A stretch of 64,000 nt of DNA from Candidatus Undinarchaeota archaeon (lineage in GTDB: Archaea; SpSt-1190; JASMDC01): the NCBI GenBank assembly GCA_964519305.1, contig CAZFHY010000001.1, positions 282,132 through 346,131 of the forward strand, in the 5' to 3' direction. Positions 28,701 to 37,224 of this stretch are shown piece after piece. A program made the translations under genes and the position numbers. The first letter of the stretch is position 1. Every line of letters starts with the position of its first letter. The notes beneath the pieces are model-generated. The model saw only the letters and a list, made by a program, of their open reading frames with translations. It was not told where the DNA came from and did not search any database.

Positions 28701-30146
28701 GCGGTCGCCACAGCGGTAATCGAAGAGACCAAGGCCTACATCGACGCCCTCAAGGAGAGCGCTGCCGCCTCCATGAAGCTCACAACGCGATCGTCCATCA
28801 CCGTCCTTCCGTTCATAGCGGACAAGCCCGTGATGGTGGAGGGGAAGACCAACGTGACATTCCGGGAGGACCGGACGAACGTCCCCTTCTCGCTCCAGCT
28901 GGATACCGAACTGGAAGTGCCCGAACGTATCCCCGCCATGGAAGGCGAGGAGGTGACCTTCACCGCATCGGTCACGAGCCTGGCCCCCTTCGCGGCCTCG
29001 TTCGACATCCTTCTCACCAGCTCCGACCCCGACCACCCCACGGTCAAGCTGCTAGAGAACCAGCGTATAGAGCCGCGTGGGACGCTTCCCGTGAGCATCC
29101 CCCTACCCACAGGCCTGGCCTCGGGCGATTACAAGCTCTATTTCAAGACCAGACCCCACGGCACCCAGAGCTATACCAAGAGCGCCAGCTCGGTGCTCGA
29201 GATCTCCCAAGTGCGGCTCGTCGACATGGACGTCACGGCCGTGAACACCAGCGTCAAGGGCCTGGCGGGCTCATTGCCACCCTTTGTGTTCACCATCACA
29301 AATACGGGGAACAGCGAGGAGACGTTCACAGTGAAGGCCACTACCGCTACGGACAAGGTGACCATCGATCCGGACAAGCCCCTGATAAAGACGGGTGAGG
29401 CCAAGGACGTTACAGTGACGCTTGTAGTACCGCCCGAGCAGACCGAGGACTTCCAGGTTGCGCTCGAGATCGCACCACGCTCAGACACATCGAAGGCGAA
29501 GGAGCTCATGTTCGACGTTTTCGTGGTCTCGCCCGACATCCGTGTTCTGGACTTCCCTACCAACATCACTGAAGAGGGGACCATCACCTTCGTCAACGAG
29601 GGTGACGGGGAGGGTACAGTCTCCGTCCAACTGGAGGGTCTCAACGCCGAATGCGTGACCTTGGATAACGCTACGATCAAACTCGCTCCTGGTGAGCGTG
29701 GAACGGTTAAGCTGACGAACACGTGCCCCGAGGTAGGGGACATCAAGGTCCGGGCCGAAGCACCGGGATTGTCCGACAGCCGTGACCTCTCCCTCAAGCC
29801 CAAACCCACCCCCACACCCGAGCCCACACCGACACCCATTCCCGAGCCGAAGTCCTTGTCCAAGGCACCGATCATCGTCCTTGTGCTCCTGGCCCTTGGT
29901 TCGGTAGGTCTGGTCATGTCGAAGAAGAAGAAGAAGATGAAGCCAGGGGCTAAGGGAGCCGCCGCAGCTGGCGCTGCCGCCAAGGGTACGCCGTCGGCCT
30001 ACGCGCAGCAGTACCCCTACAAGTCATCGTACATGAACAGCAAGTACGCCGCCTACTACCGCCAGCAGCAGGCCAGGGGCCAGCAGCCAGGTCAGGTCCA
30101 GCAACAGCAGGCCATGGCCCGGCAGCAGCAGATGCAGCGACGGTAG
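25791..30146 (+). CDS. Large surface protein: VWA domain, Cys-rich insert, multiple Ig/CARDB-like domains, TM anchor, Q/Y-rich tail
   Basis: Signal peptide from ATG 25791; LDVVFAIDISGSM (MIDAS DxSxS), VITDA; CKSGGSLCSVNEDCCSDECNGGSC; TITNTGNSEETF; PTPTPEPTP; TM plus KKKKK. Confidence 0.88.
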   Translation: MRAATALLIFFILLAPSALAENNHVWFDTKDGPEAKSVTVYWGETERIPIYIRHNYTFIKKLDVVFAIDISGSMVDDLQQLRTQWNSILSMFSRFSQNDYRIAFIPYSGKQTLRVDESLVTAFLSSQTQVNEITQYVDQLPSSSSVGGGGGCREYTYDALYFIANRGWTGIPRLNCYPVGEACEWREDALKVVYVITDAGVEADQYDMLKRLVTNAYVNAGIYLFGITPGDKSACPPTCECKSGGSLCSVNEDCCSDECNGGSCSSPMDPCYDLSHAAPATGGQYYSGFHLSFLEQQLAKAFEDIDYNTFKVTLGHAGALTTVVDGLENCPSGEGKCIDLEVGECKTPEAHPCGKLFYLDVTAPDNTDPQSYSQSVTTEIQGTSITESIELTVDVKVPADLTTDMRAVYDEGKTYVFFNVKNTGKSRVTPRFSQFELTCQSVEARLSFPMQLTDLDPGESFLGIGVCTDVIGVDEDVNVELTMSFGDAEQDNVLEEKLLKVTANPDIFSGQATYYPVSQRVDIQVSGSGLEYALVRVADKNTDNDEVTPKKRTTMLQNISLPGISPEVMDRSDIIVYAKAGGAISRRRISPGHAYFDVDAPGTALGDLAGWDQGTFWITSPYEHTMYTNASLPIVINTVMGDTFTLTVNNVTASAPIKATDETKKFTMKGAKVHAGRQNGTYDRRIEVDLLLEDVKGTAEISLLGTKSSGLKVTIKYEIKFPYIVDVLPALAIIPRRSASFAAAITNNQEADAPMELCAWGEKLTVTIDGQAVSDKTCITVPSMVPGTPKNVNVTVTLDGEEATTLTMVARHPSEISNKRTMTVAINPASFTESTMSASCKRSESQIKCTMQFTNSGNLPTSYYYGFVADGFTTEIPFAEVTGVKPRDTQVKTVSTEFLPYEITAPQRDIIKGLGKMVFLANLVVKNDNFTKTDIFGDSLDVSSLVGALESMGEMGLATKVKALKDTPGQAVATAVIEETKAYIDALKESAAASMKLTTRSSITVLPFIADKPVMVEGKTNVTFREDRTNVPFSLQLDTELEVPERIPAMEGEEVTFTASVTSLAPFAASFDILLTSSDPDHPTVKLLENQRIEPRGTLPVSIPLPTGLASGDYKLYFKTRPHGTQSYTKSASSVLEISQVRLVDMDVTAVNTSVKGLAGSLPPFVFTITNTGNSEETFTVKATTATDKVTIDPDKPLIKTGEAKDVTVTLVVPPEQTEDFQVALEIAPRSDTSKAKELMFDVFVVSPDIRVLDFPTNITEEGTITFVNEGDGEGTVSVQLEGLNAECVTLDNATIKLAPGERGTVKLTNTCPEVGDIKVRAEAPGLSDSRDLSLKPKPTPTPEPTPTPIPEPKSLSKAPIIVLVLLALGSVGLVMSKKKKKMKPGAKGAAAAGAAAKGTPSAYAQQYPYKSSYMNSKYAAYYRQQQARGQQPGQVQQQQAMARQQQMQRR

Positions 30147-30151
30147 TGCGT

Positions 30152-30361
30152 ATGGACGACCGGGCACTCCTCTACCTAGTGCTCGTGGTCTCGATACTAT
30201 CGCTCGTTGTCAGTCTGATGGTCCTCACTGAGGTCCGGACCAAGGCAGAGATCCCTCCCGATAACGCCATCTCCACGTCGGTCAATGGCCAGATCACCGA
30301 TAGCGTCACCCAATCAGCCCCGACCACGGTGAATGGCCAGATCACTGACTCTGTGACCTAG
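30152..30361 (+). CDS. Small membrane-anchored protein with duplicated VNGQITDSVT motif
   Basis: N-terminal TM; two copies of VNGQITDSVT at 30281-30310 and 30329-30358 with only synonymous differences. Confidence 0.7.
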   Translation: MDDRALLYLVLVVSILSLVVSLMVLTEVRTKAEIPPDNAISTSVNGQITDSVTQSAPTTVNGQITDSVT

Positions 30362-30464
30362 AGGCCTGTCTTTCCGTCCGGTACTGGTTGACGCACTACC
30401 TCCAGCACGGTGTCGTCCCGGGGCCCGATCAAGGGGCGATGATGTGGTCGCCCGGCTAGCTCCG

Positions 30465-32066
30465 CTAGATCGCGTACATGACGAAGAGCCCCGTCATGAG
30501 CCCGATAAGGGTGGTGAGCACGATCACGAGAGCGAAGTGCTTGCCCATGACCTCTGCCTCCATCTCGGAGCTCTCCCCGAGCACCATCACCGCGTTGTTG
30601 ATCTTTGCAGGCGTGATTGCACTGGCGACACCGCCCGCCGCGGCATGGCTGCCGAAAACTGTCATGAAGCTTTCGTCCAGGCCTAGGCTGGAGCACGCGT
30701 TCCGTTGGATGCCCATGAACATCACGTTGGACCCGGTCTCCGAGCCACCCACCAGGGCGCCGAAGAGCCCGAGGAATGCCGCTGCGAGCACGTACCACGA
30801 ACCGAAGAACCCGGCAAGCGTGTCCGCCACCACCAGGTTCATGTTCTGTGCGGCGAAGTTCGGTCCCGCGACCAGGGCCCCGTCAGCGGCAATGACCTTG
30901 GCCGAGTTGGCCATGACGAACGCGATGGCGAAGTACACGGAATAGGCGATGAGCGGCTGGAGCACGCGGTTCTTCCAGTTGGTGACCGCCGTGGACAGTT
31001 GCTCCCTCGTAGGCCTCAGGAAGGGGAGCGAGAGGAGCGTGGCGACGAATATCCACGTATAGATCTCCCTGAGCGCGTTGAGGTCCACACGCTGGTCGGC
31101 GAACACGGTGAACCGCTCCATGTCCCCTGGGAGGTCGGTCAGCCATCCGTCGACAGAGGGATGGCTTATGATCATGGCCAGAGCCACTAAAATGATCCAA
31201 GGAGAGAGGGCCCTTGCGAGCTCGCCCATGTCGAGCGGTCCCGGCGCTTCTTTGGTATCCTCATCCTCGTCTTCCGGCTCCTTGTCATCCGCACCCCCGG
31301 ACACGAACCGCTGGTAACCGTACAGTACGAGCATGCAGATCAGCCCAGCGACTATACCGATTATCCTGACGGGGATGAGTCGGTACTTTGAGAAGAGGAT
31401 GCAAGGTACGGCGATGCTCAGGCCACACAGGACCGCGGGGACCCACCCCTTTCGTACCGACTTCTTCCCGCCGACGACCCATAGGATGGCCAGGGCCAGA
31501 CCTACCGAAACAACGGGTAGGAAGAGCGATATCTTGTAGGAGAACGCGAACGGATCGATCTTACCGATATCAGCGGGCAATGTTATGGGTATGGCGAGCA
31601 GGGCGTATGAGGTTGTGGCGTTGTAGCCGAGCACCGAGATCACTACCGCTGAGACGGCGCTGAATCCCATGGCCACGAGCAGTGGCGGGAAGAGGGCGGG
31701 AGTGACGACACCGAGGGACGTGAGGAAGGAACCGAGCCCGACGCCGATGAAGAGCGACTGTTCCTCGGGTGTGGCGGAGATCCGGTTGATAGCGCTGGAT
31801 ATGGTGGTCAACGCCCCCGCCTCCTTCATGATTAGCACCATCATCATTGTGCAGAGCACTGCTATGGTGATGCCGAACGACTTGATCAGCCCGTAAGCAG
31901 AGGAGCCCAGGGCCACGTTGAGCGGAGTATCAAAGAACACCATCGAGATGATGATTACCAGGGCCAGACCTACCACGGCCATCTTGGCGCCGCTCTGTTT
32001 CAGATACATTATCCCGACCAGCACAGCGATCAGGGGGAGCAGGGCGAGGAAAAAGTGCAATGCCAT
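30465..32066 (-). CDS. lctP: L-lactate permease family transporter
   Basis: Polytopic; LLVAMGFS, IPIT, LGLFGALVGGSETGSNVMF...Q, GGVASAITPAKI. Confidence 0.8.
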   Translation of the reverse strand: MALHFFLALLPLIAVLVGIMYLKQSGAKMAVVGLALVIIISMVFFDTPLNVALGSSAYGLIKSFGITIAVLCTMMMVLIMKEAGALTTISSAINRISATPEEQSLFIGVGLGSFLTSLGVVTPALFPPLLVAMGFSAVSAVVISVLGYNATTSYALLAIPITLPADIGKIDPFAFSYKISLFLPVVSVGLALAILWVVGGKKSVRKGWVPAVLCGLSIAVPCILFSKYRLIPVRIIGIVAGLICMLVLYGYQRFVSGGADDKEPEDEDEDTKEAPGPLDMGELARALSPWIILVALAMIISHPSVDGWLTDLPGDMERFTVFADQRVDLNALREIYTWIFVATLLSLPFLRPTREQLSTAVTNWKNRVLQPLIAYSVYFAIAFVMANSAKVIAADGALVAGPNFAAQNMNLVVADTLAGFFGSWYVLAAAFLGLFGALVGGSETGSNVMFMGIQRNACSSLGLDESFMTVFGSHAAAGGVASAITPAKINNAVMVLGESSEMEAEVMGKHFALVIVLTTLIGLMTGLFVMYAI

Positions 32067-32149
32067 GTCAGGGCGCACTCACTGAATAGTATTTAAACAT
32101 GTTTTCAAGGGCCACCTGCTGAACTACACGATCATTAGAGGTTTTTACA

Positions 32150-33451
32150 ATGGTCTCTACAGATGCTATCTGGAACCCGAAGGTCGAGACGATGCCCGTC
32201 AAGGAGCTAAAGGAGCTCCAGCTCAAGCGCTTGAGGTGGGTGGTCGACCACGCATACAAGAACAACAGGGTCTACCATGACAATTTCAAGTCCGCGGGGC
32301 TCAAGCCCGGCGACATAAAGACACTGGACGACCTGGCCAAGATACCCTTCCTCACCAAGGACGATCTGCGCAATTCCTACCCGTTCGGGATGGTGTGTGT
32401 CCCCATGGACAAGGTCATCGAGATCCACGCTTCCAGCGGTACCACGGGAAAGCCCGTGGTCGGGACTTACACCAAAGGCGACCTGGGCGTCTGGTCGGAG
32501 GTCATGGCACGGGCCATCCGCGCAAACAACCTGAAGGCGGGCGACAGGATGCACAACGCCTACGGCTACGGCCTGTTCACCGGCGCGCACGGATTCGAAC
32601 GGGGAGCCCAGACCGCGGGTGTCACCGTGTTCCCCCTCAGCTCCGGCAATACCAAACGTCAGATCAACATGATGAAGGACCTTGGTTCCACCGGTCTTGC
32701 TTGCACTCCGAGCTACTCGCTGTACCTCGCCGAGGCAGCTCAGGAGATGGGACTCGACCCTCAGACGGACCTCTCGATCAAGTCCGGTCTTTTCGGAGCG
32801 GAGAGCTGGGGCGAAGAGCTGCGCAAGACCATCAACAAGGTCTGGGACATGGAGGCGTTCGACCACTACGGCCTCACCGAGGTCATCGGTCCCGGCGTGT
32901 CAGTTGAGTGCGGCCAGCACGACGGGCTCCACATCAACGCGGACCACTTCCTTCCCGAGATCATCGATCCCAAGACCGGTGAGCGCCTCGAGCCCGGGGA
33001 GAAGGGCGAACTGGTGTTCACCAGCCTTACAAAGGAAGCCTTCCCCTCAATCCGATTCAGGACCAAGGACATCTCTATCCTCTACGAGGACGTGTGCGAG
33101 TGCGGCCGGACCTCCCCCCGACATGCCCGGCTAATGGGACGGAGCGACGACATGATGAAGGTCAAGGGCGTCATCGTGTTCCCCAAGCAGATCGAGGAAG
33201 CGGTCATGAGCGTCAGTGGCGTGAGCGAGAACTACCAGATCGTGAAGTTCAAGAAGGGAGTCATCACTAACCTGGCGGTAAGGGTCGAGCCCACATCGTC
33301 AAGGCACAAGGAAGGCGGGCTGGACGCTCTCAAGAAGCAGATCGAGGACGAGATCTTCGCAATTCTGAACCTGCGCATCCCGGCCACCATCGTCGCACCC
33401 GGCTCTATCCCACGGAGCGAGGGCAAGGCCAAGCGCGTGGTCGAGGAGTAG
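32150..33451 (+). CDS. paaK: Phenylacetate--CoA ligase family protein
   Basis: PFLTKDDLR, HASSGTTGKP, AYGYGLFTG, CTPSY, YGLTEVIGPGV, GRSDDM.KVKGV.VFP, IPRSEGKAKRV. Confidence 0.92.
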   Translation: MVSTDAIWNPKVETMPVKELKELQLKRLRWVVDHAYKNNRVYHDNFKSAGLKPGDIKTLDDLAKIPFLTKDDLRNSYPFGMVCVPMDKVIEIHASSGTTGKPVVGTYTKGDLGVWSEVMARAIRANNLKAGDRMHNAYGYGLFTGAHGFERGAQTAGVTVFPLSSGNTKRQINMMKDLGSTGLACTPSYSLYLAEAAQEMGLDPQTDLSIKSGLFGAESWGEELRKTINKVWDMEAFDHYGLTEVIGPGVSVECGQHDGLHINADHFLPEIIDPKTGERLEPGEKGELVFTSLTKEAFPSIRFRTKDISILYEDVCECGRTSPRHARLMGRSDDMMKVKGVIVFPKQIEEAVMSVSGVSENYQIVKFKKGVITNLAVRVEPTSSRHKEGGLDALKKQIEDEIFAILNLRIPATIVAPGSIPRSEGKAKRVVEE

Positions 33452-33513
33452 GTAAGGCAGAAGGCATTATCAGGATCCCTGGGGGCTCATCTGCCCCCGG
33501 GGGTGCCCCTCGT

Positions 33514-35064
33514 CTATCGGATTATCGGTTGTCGCACCACGTCCAGCACCGTCCCGTCCCGGTTCTCCACCACGGCGATGATGCGGTCAGTGGTCTCTAG
33601 GGGCGGTAATCTGGACGCGTCCTTCTGCGCCATATCGTACAGCTCGTTAATGGTGACGATGGGCAGCTCTGTATCCCTGTAATGGTCGATGAGGTCGCGG
33701 CGTCGGGGATTGATAGCGATACCCCTATCGGTGACGACGACGTCCACGGTCTCGCCGGGAGTGGTCACGGTGGTCACCGTGTCCACGATGGGAGTGATGC
33801 GCCGGCGGCCGCGGACCAATGGCACTGTGATGATGGTGGTGTTCGCCCCTGACGCCACATCCTGGTGACCTCCGATGCCGTGGAGGAGCATACCGTCCGA
33901 GTGGGTAACGACGTTCGCGTTGAACTTCAGGTCCACCTCGGTGGCGCCCAGGATACCGAAGTCCAGCATATCAACCACGTTCCCACGGTTGTGGATGTTG
34001 GCATAGAACTCCACGTTGACCTCAACATGCCGAGGATCGTCGCGTAGCGAGCCGATGGCCACCGGGTCGAACGCCTGACCATCGAGCACCTTGCGGGTGG
34101 TGCCGTCCCGGAGCATTTCGACCACGGGGCGTGTGATGCCGCCGACGATGAAGCCAGCGGTAATCTTCTGCTCCTTCATGGCGGTGTTGACGTGGCCCAT
34201 GGTGGCCAGCGACATCCCACCGACGCCCGCTTGGAAGGATACGCCGTCCCGGAAGAGAGGATGGCTTTGGATGAAGTCGGCCGCCAGCCTGGCGATGGAG
34301 AGCTTGACCGGGTCGCTCGTGGGGCTCGTGGTCCCCGATACGATCTTCTCCGGATACCCTATATTATCGACCTTGACCACGTAATCCACGAGGGTCTGTG
34401 CTATACTGATGGGCGTTGCCGGGTAGGGGACGAGGTTGTCGGTGACCGCGACGACCTGGTCTGCGAACAACGCGTCACTTATAGCGCTCCCCAGTGCGCC
34501 GAAGGCAGAGGGGCCGTTCACACCGTTCAGGTTCCCGTAAGGATCGCACTCGGAGGCCGCGATGAACGCCACATCGATGCGTAGCTCACCGTCGTACATG
34601 GCACGAGCACGACCACCGTGCGAGCGCAGGATGACCGGGCCGGGGAGGAGGCCTCTGGACACGCCAGCGCCCACGGGGCCGTTGCAGCTCCCTTCCATCC
34701 GTACGACCACGCCGCTGCGGACATGGTCGAGGACCGGCTCGTGCACGGGGAAGAAGGCGGTAGGGGCCACGGTTATCCCCTTGATGCCCTTCTTTGCGAT
34801 GCGGTCGAGCACCATGTTGAGGAGGACATCACCATCCCGGTAGTAGTGCTGGAAGGACACGGTCATCCCATCGGAGAGCCCGGTCCGATCGATGGCCTCG
34901 TCAATGGAGGCGAGCACCTTGTCCCGCCTTGGGTGGCACACCTTGAGCGGAGGACCGTGCCGACGGCCGGTCACCGGTTCTGTATGCTGACCACTGTAAG
35001 GCCTGACGGACCCGTACCCCTCGATCTCGTCCGGGAGCTCCCTACCGAGCGCATTGACCGGCAT
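33514..35064 (-). CDS. citF: Citrate lyase alpha subunit / citrate CoA-transferase
   Basis: NALGRELP, GLSDGMTVSF.H..RDGD, RSHGGRARA, FQAGVGG, LGATEVD..FN.NV.T.SDG, GGHQD, TTPGETVDVVVTDRGIAINPRR, RDGTVLDVV. Confidence 0.9.
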   Translation of the reverse strand: MPVNALGRELPDEIEGYGSVRPYSGQHTEPVTGRRHGPPLKVCHPRRDKVLASIDEAIDRTGLSDGMTVSFQHYYRDGDVLLNMVLDRIAKKGIKGITVAPTAFFPVHEPVLDHVRSGVVVRMEGSCNGPVGAGVSRGLLPGPVILRSHGGRARAMYDGELRIDVAFIAASECDPYGNLNGVNGPSAFGALGSAISDALFADQVVAVTDNLVPYPATPISIAQTLVDYVVKVDNIGYPEKIVSGTTSPTSDPVKLSIARLAADFIQSHPLFRDGVSFQAGVGGMSLATMGHVNTAMKEQKITAGFIVGGITRPVVEMLRDGTTRKVLDGQAFDPVAIGSLRDDPRHVEVNVEFYANIHNRGNVVDMLDFGILGATEVDLKFNANVVTHSDGMLLHGIGGHQDVASGANTTIITVPLVRGRRRITPIVDTVTTVTTPGETVDVVVTDRGIAINPRRRDLIDHYRDTELPIVTINELYDMAQKDASRLPPLETTDRIIAVVENRDGTVLDVVRQPIIR

Positions 35065-35070
35065 GAGCTG

Positions 35071-37224
35071 TCACTCGAGATGCCGATCTGCCGGCCCCTT
35101 GTACTTAGCGTCGGAGAAGTTTATCCGGCGCATCTTGTTCTGGCTTAGGACCTCCTCGAAGTAGTGGGCCGAAAGACCCGCCACCCGTCCATAGATGAAC
35201 ACGGCCTTGGCCAGGGCAGGGTCAAGCCCCATGTCCGCGATGACGGCACCGATGACACCATCCACGTTGATGGGCAGGTTCAATCCACGCACCTGGGACA
35301 ATACTTCGGTGATGAGCTTCGAAGCGGCCACGTGGTCGCCGGCCACACCGGCGTCCCCTGACATTGTCCACAAGGCATCACGCCGCGGGTCCTTGGTATG
35401 GACACGGTGGCCCATGCCTTCGATACGACGCCCTGCGTTGATGGCTTCCTTGGTCCGACGCCGGAGCGCCTCGGTGAGGTCGATGCTCTCTTCGGCAGCG
35501 AGCTCCACCGACGAGCGGAAGAACGCGGCCGCCTTGGCCCCGGCCCCCCCGTGCACATCAGTGATAGCGCCCACGCCATGGGCTACAGAGACCTCGTAGG
35601 CGGCCCGTGTCGAGGCAGCGATTAGGGTGGCCTGCGCCGAGGGCGGGGTCACACCGTGATCAACACTGGCCACGACCATGGCCTCGACCAGTTCGGCCCG
35701 GGCGGGATCTATCTCGTTTTGTCCGCTCACCGCACGCCAGATGAGTTCCCGGGGCGATGCTTTGGGATCCGCGTCATCCAACGCATCTCCGGTCCCTAGG
35801 ATGACCGCCAGATAACGGGACATGCGACCCAGCGCGAACACGGTCTTCTCGACCTGGGCATTAGCTCCCTTCTCGGGGAGAGCGGCAAGGCCGTCATCGA
35901 GCAGCAGGCACTTGGCCAGCGTCTTTGAGATGTCCTCGTCCTTGGAACGCTTGACTGCAGGGCCGGGGCTGGCCGCGGCCTCGCGGAACACCTGCTCAAG
36001 GAACGTCCGCTCCTCGTCAGTGGGGAAGCGCTGCCTGACCAGCAGCGAGGCCATCTCGACGATGCCCTTCTTCCCGATGAGCTCTTGGAGCGGGTAGCCT
36101 GCTATGACCAGATTATTGGGCTCGACCTTGGTGATGAGCGTGCCCCATGACGCCTTGTCTGGAGGCTCCTCCCAGGTAGTGCGCATCCGCTCGTAATAAC
36201 GGTCGACGTCGAAGTACGTCTTTCCGCCGAGGTTCTCCTTTACCGCCTTGATGAGGTCATGCTGGCTGTTCACCACAGTGACACCAGCGGCTTCCAGCGC
36301 TTCCTTCTTGGATGCGAAGGTACCGTAGGCGGTCCCGGGCGAGACGATGGCCCCAGCATGACCCATGGTCTTGCCCTCCGGTGCGTTGGCACCGGAGATG
36401 AGGGCTACGATGGGCTTGGGGTAGCGCTCGGGATGCTTGGTTATGTCCTCGGCCAGGAGCTCCTCCTGACACCCGCCGATCTCGCCAGCCACGACCACTA
36501 GGTCCGTGTTGGAGTACGACTGGGCCAGCGGTACAAGAATGGGGAACGGTGCGCCGATAGCGCCGTCGCCGCCCACACCGAGCACCGCGTTCTGAGCGAT
36601 GCCTGCTGACGCAAGACCGTCCGACATATGGTACAGGATGGCCCCACTGCGTGAGATGATCGTGACCCCATGGGCACCTGCCTTCCCTGGCGCGGGTTCT
36701 GCGGGATGGAACACATCGGGTAGCATCCCGGCCTTGATCCCTTCGGGAGGAAAGATGACGCCCGGAGTGTTCCCGCCGATGAGCAGTGTGTTGTTCTTGC
36801 GGGCCGCAACGAGTATATCGCGGACATCACGCAGGGGGATGCCCTCACTGATGAGCACGACCACGGGGACGCCCGCCTCGATGACCTCAAGGGCCGCGTC
36901 CTTGGCGGTAGCGTAGTGTCTCCAGATGCTGGCAACGGCCACGTCCGGATGCTCGGACAGGCACTCGGCGACGGTATCGTACACGGGAACGGTCTCGTGG
37001 ACCCGCGTCCCGCCACGTCCGGGAGCGATGCCTGCGACTATGTCCGTGCCGTAGTCCATCATGAGCCCAGCGTGCCTGGTCCCCTGGCGACCGAGGCCGA
37101 GGATTATCGACTCGATGCGCTTAGATCCCTTGATCCGCTCGGCCAGTTCGGGCCGTCGTTCATTGATTATATGGAACAGGAAACCCTGGTCGGCGGGCAG
37201 CCGTTCGAGGGGCATGACGCTCAT
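35071..37224 (-). CDS. SucD-like CoA-binding/ligase subunit fused to a citryl-CoA lyase (citrate synthase-fold) domain; AclA-like
   Basis: N-terminal: ISEGIP, GGNTPG, SRSG, GVGGD, GEIGG, GKTMGHAGA (phospho-His). C-terminal: WGTLITKVEPN, DHGVTPPS, VHGGA, GMGHRVH, INVDG. Confidence 0.85.
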   Translation of the reverse strand: MSVMPLERLPADQGFLFHIINERRPELAERIKGSKRIESIILGLGRQGTRHAGLMMDYGTDIVAGIAPGRGGTRVHETVPVYDTVAECLSEHPDVAVASIWRHYATAKDAALEVIEAGVPVVVLISEGIPLRDVRDILVAARKNNTLLIGGNTPGVIFPPEGIKAGMLPDVFHPAEPAPGKAGAHGVTIISRSGAILYHMSDGLASAGIAQNAVLGVGGDGAIGAPFPILVPLAQSYSNTDLVVVAGEIGGCQEELLAEDITKHPERYPKPIVALISGANAPEGKTMGHAGAIVSPGTAYGTFASKKEALEAAGVTVVNSQHDLIKAVKENLGGKTYFDVDRYYERMRTTWEEPPDKASWGTLITKVEPNNLVIAGYPLQELIGKKGIVEMASLLVRQRFPTDEERTFLEQVFREAAASPGPAVKRSKDEDISKTLAKCLLLDDGLAALPEKGANAQVEKTVFALGRMSRYLAVILGTGDALDDADPKASPRELIWRAVSGQNEIDPARAELVEAMVVASVDHGVTPPSAQATLIAASTRAAYEVSVAHGVGAITDVHGGAGAKAAAFFRSSVELAAEESIDLTEALRRRTKEAINAGRRIEGMGHRVHTKDPRRDALWTMSGDAGVAGDHVAASKLITEVLSQVRGLNLPINVDGVIGAVIADMGLDPALAKAVFIYGRVAGLSAHYFEEVLSQNKMRRINFSDAKYKGPADRHLE

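Noticed and set aside
29800-29850. PTPTPEPTP nucleotide repeats (also near 25270 and 39330-39450)
   Set aside because: Ordinary Pro/Thr linkers within proteins, not independent repeat elements.
30281-30358. Similarity of VNGQITDSVT to fungal PIR repeats
   Set aside because: It lacks the DGQ(I/V)Q core; the resemblance is superficial.
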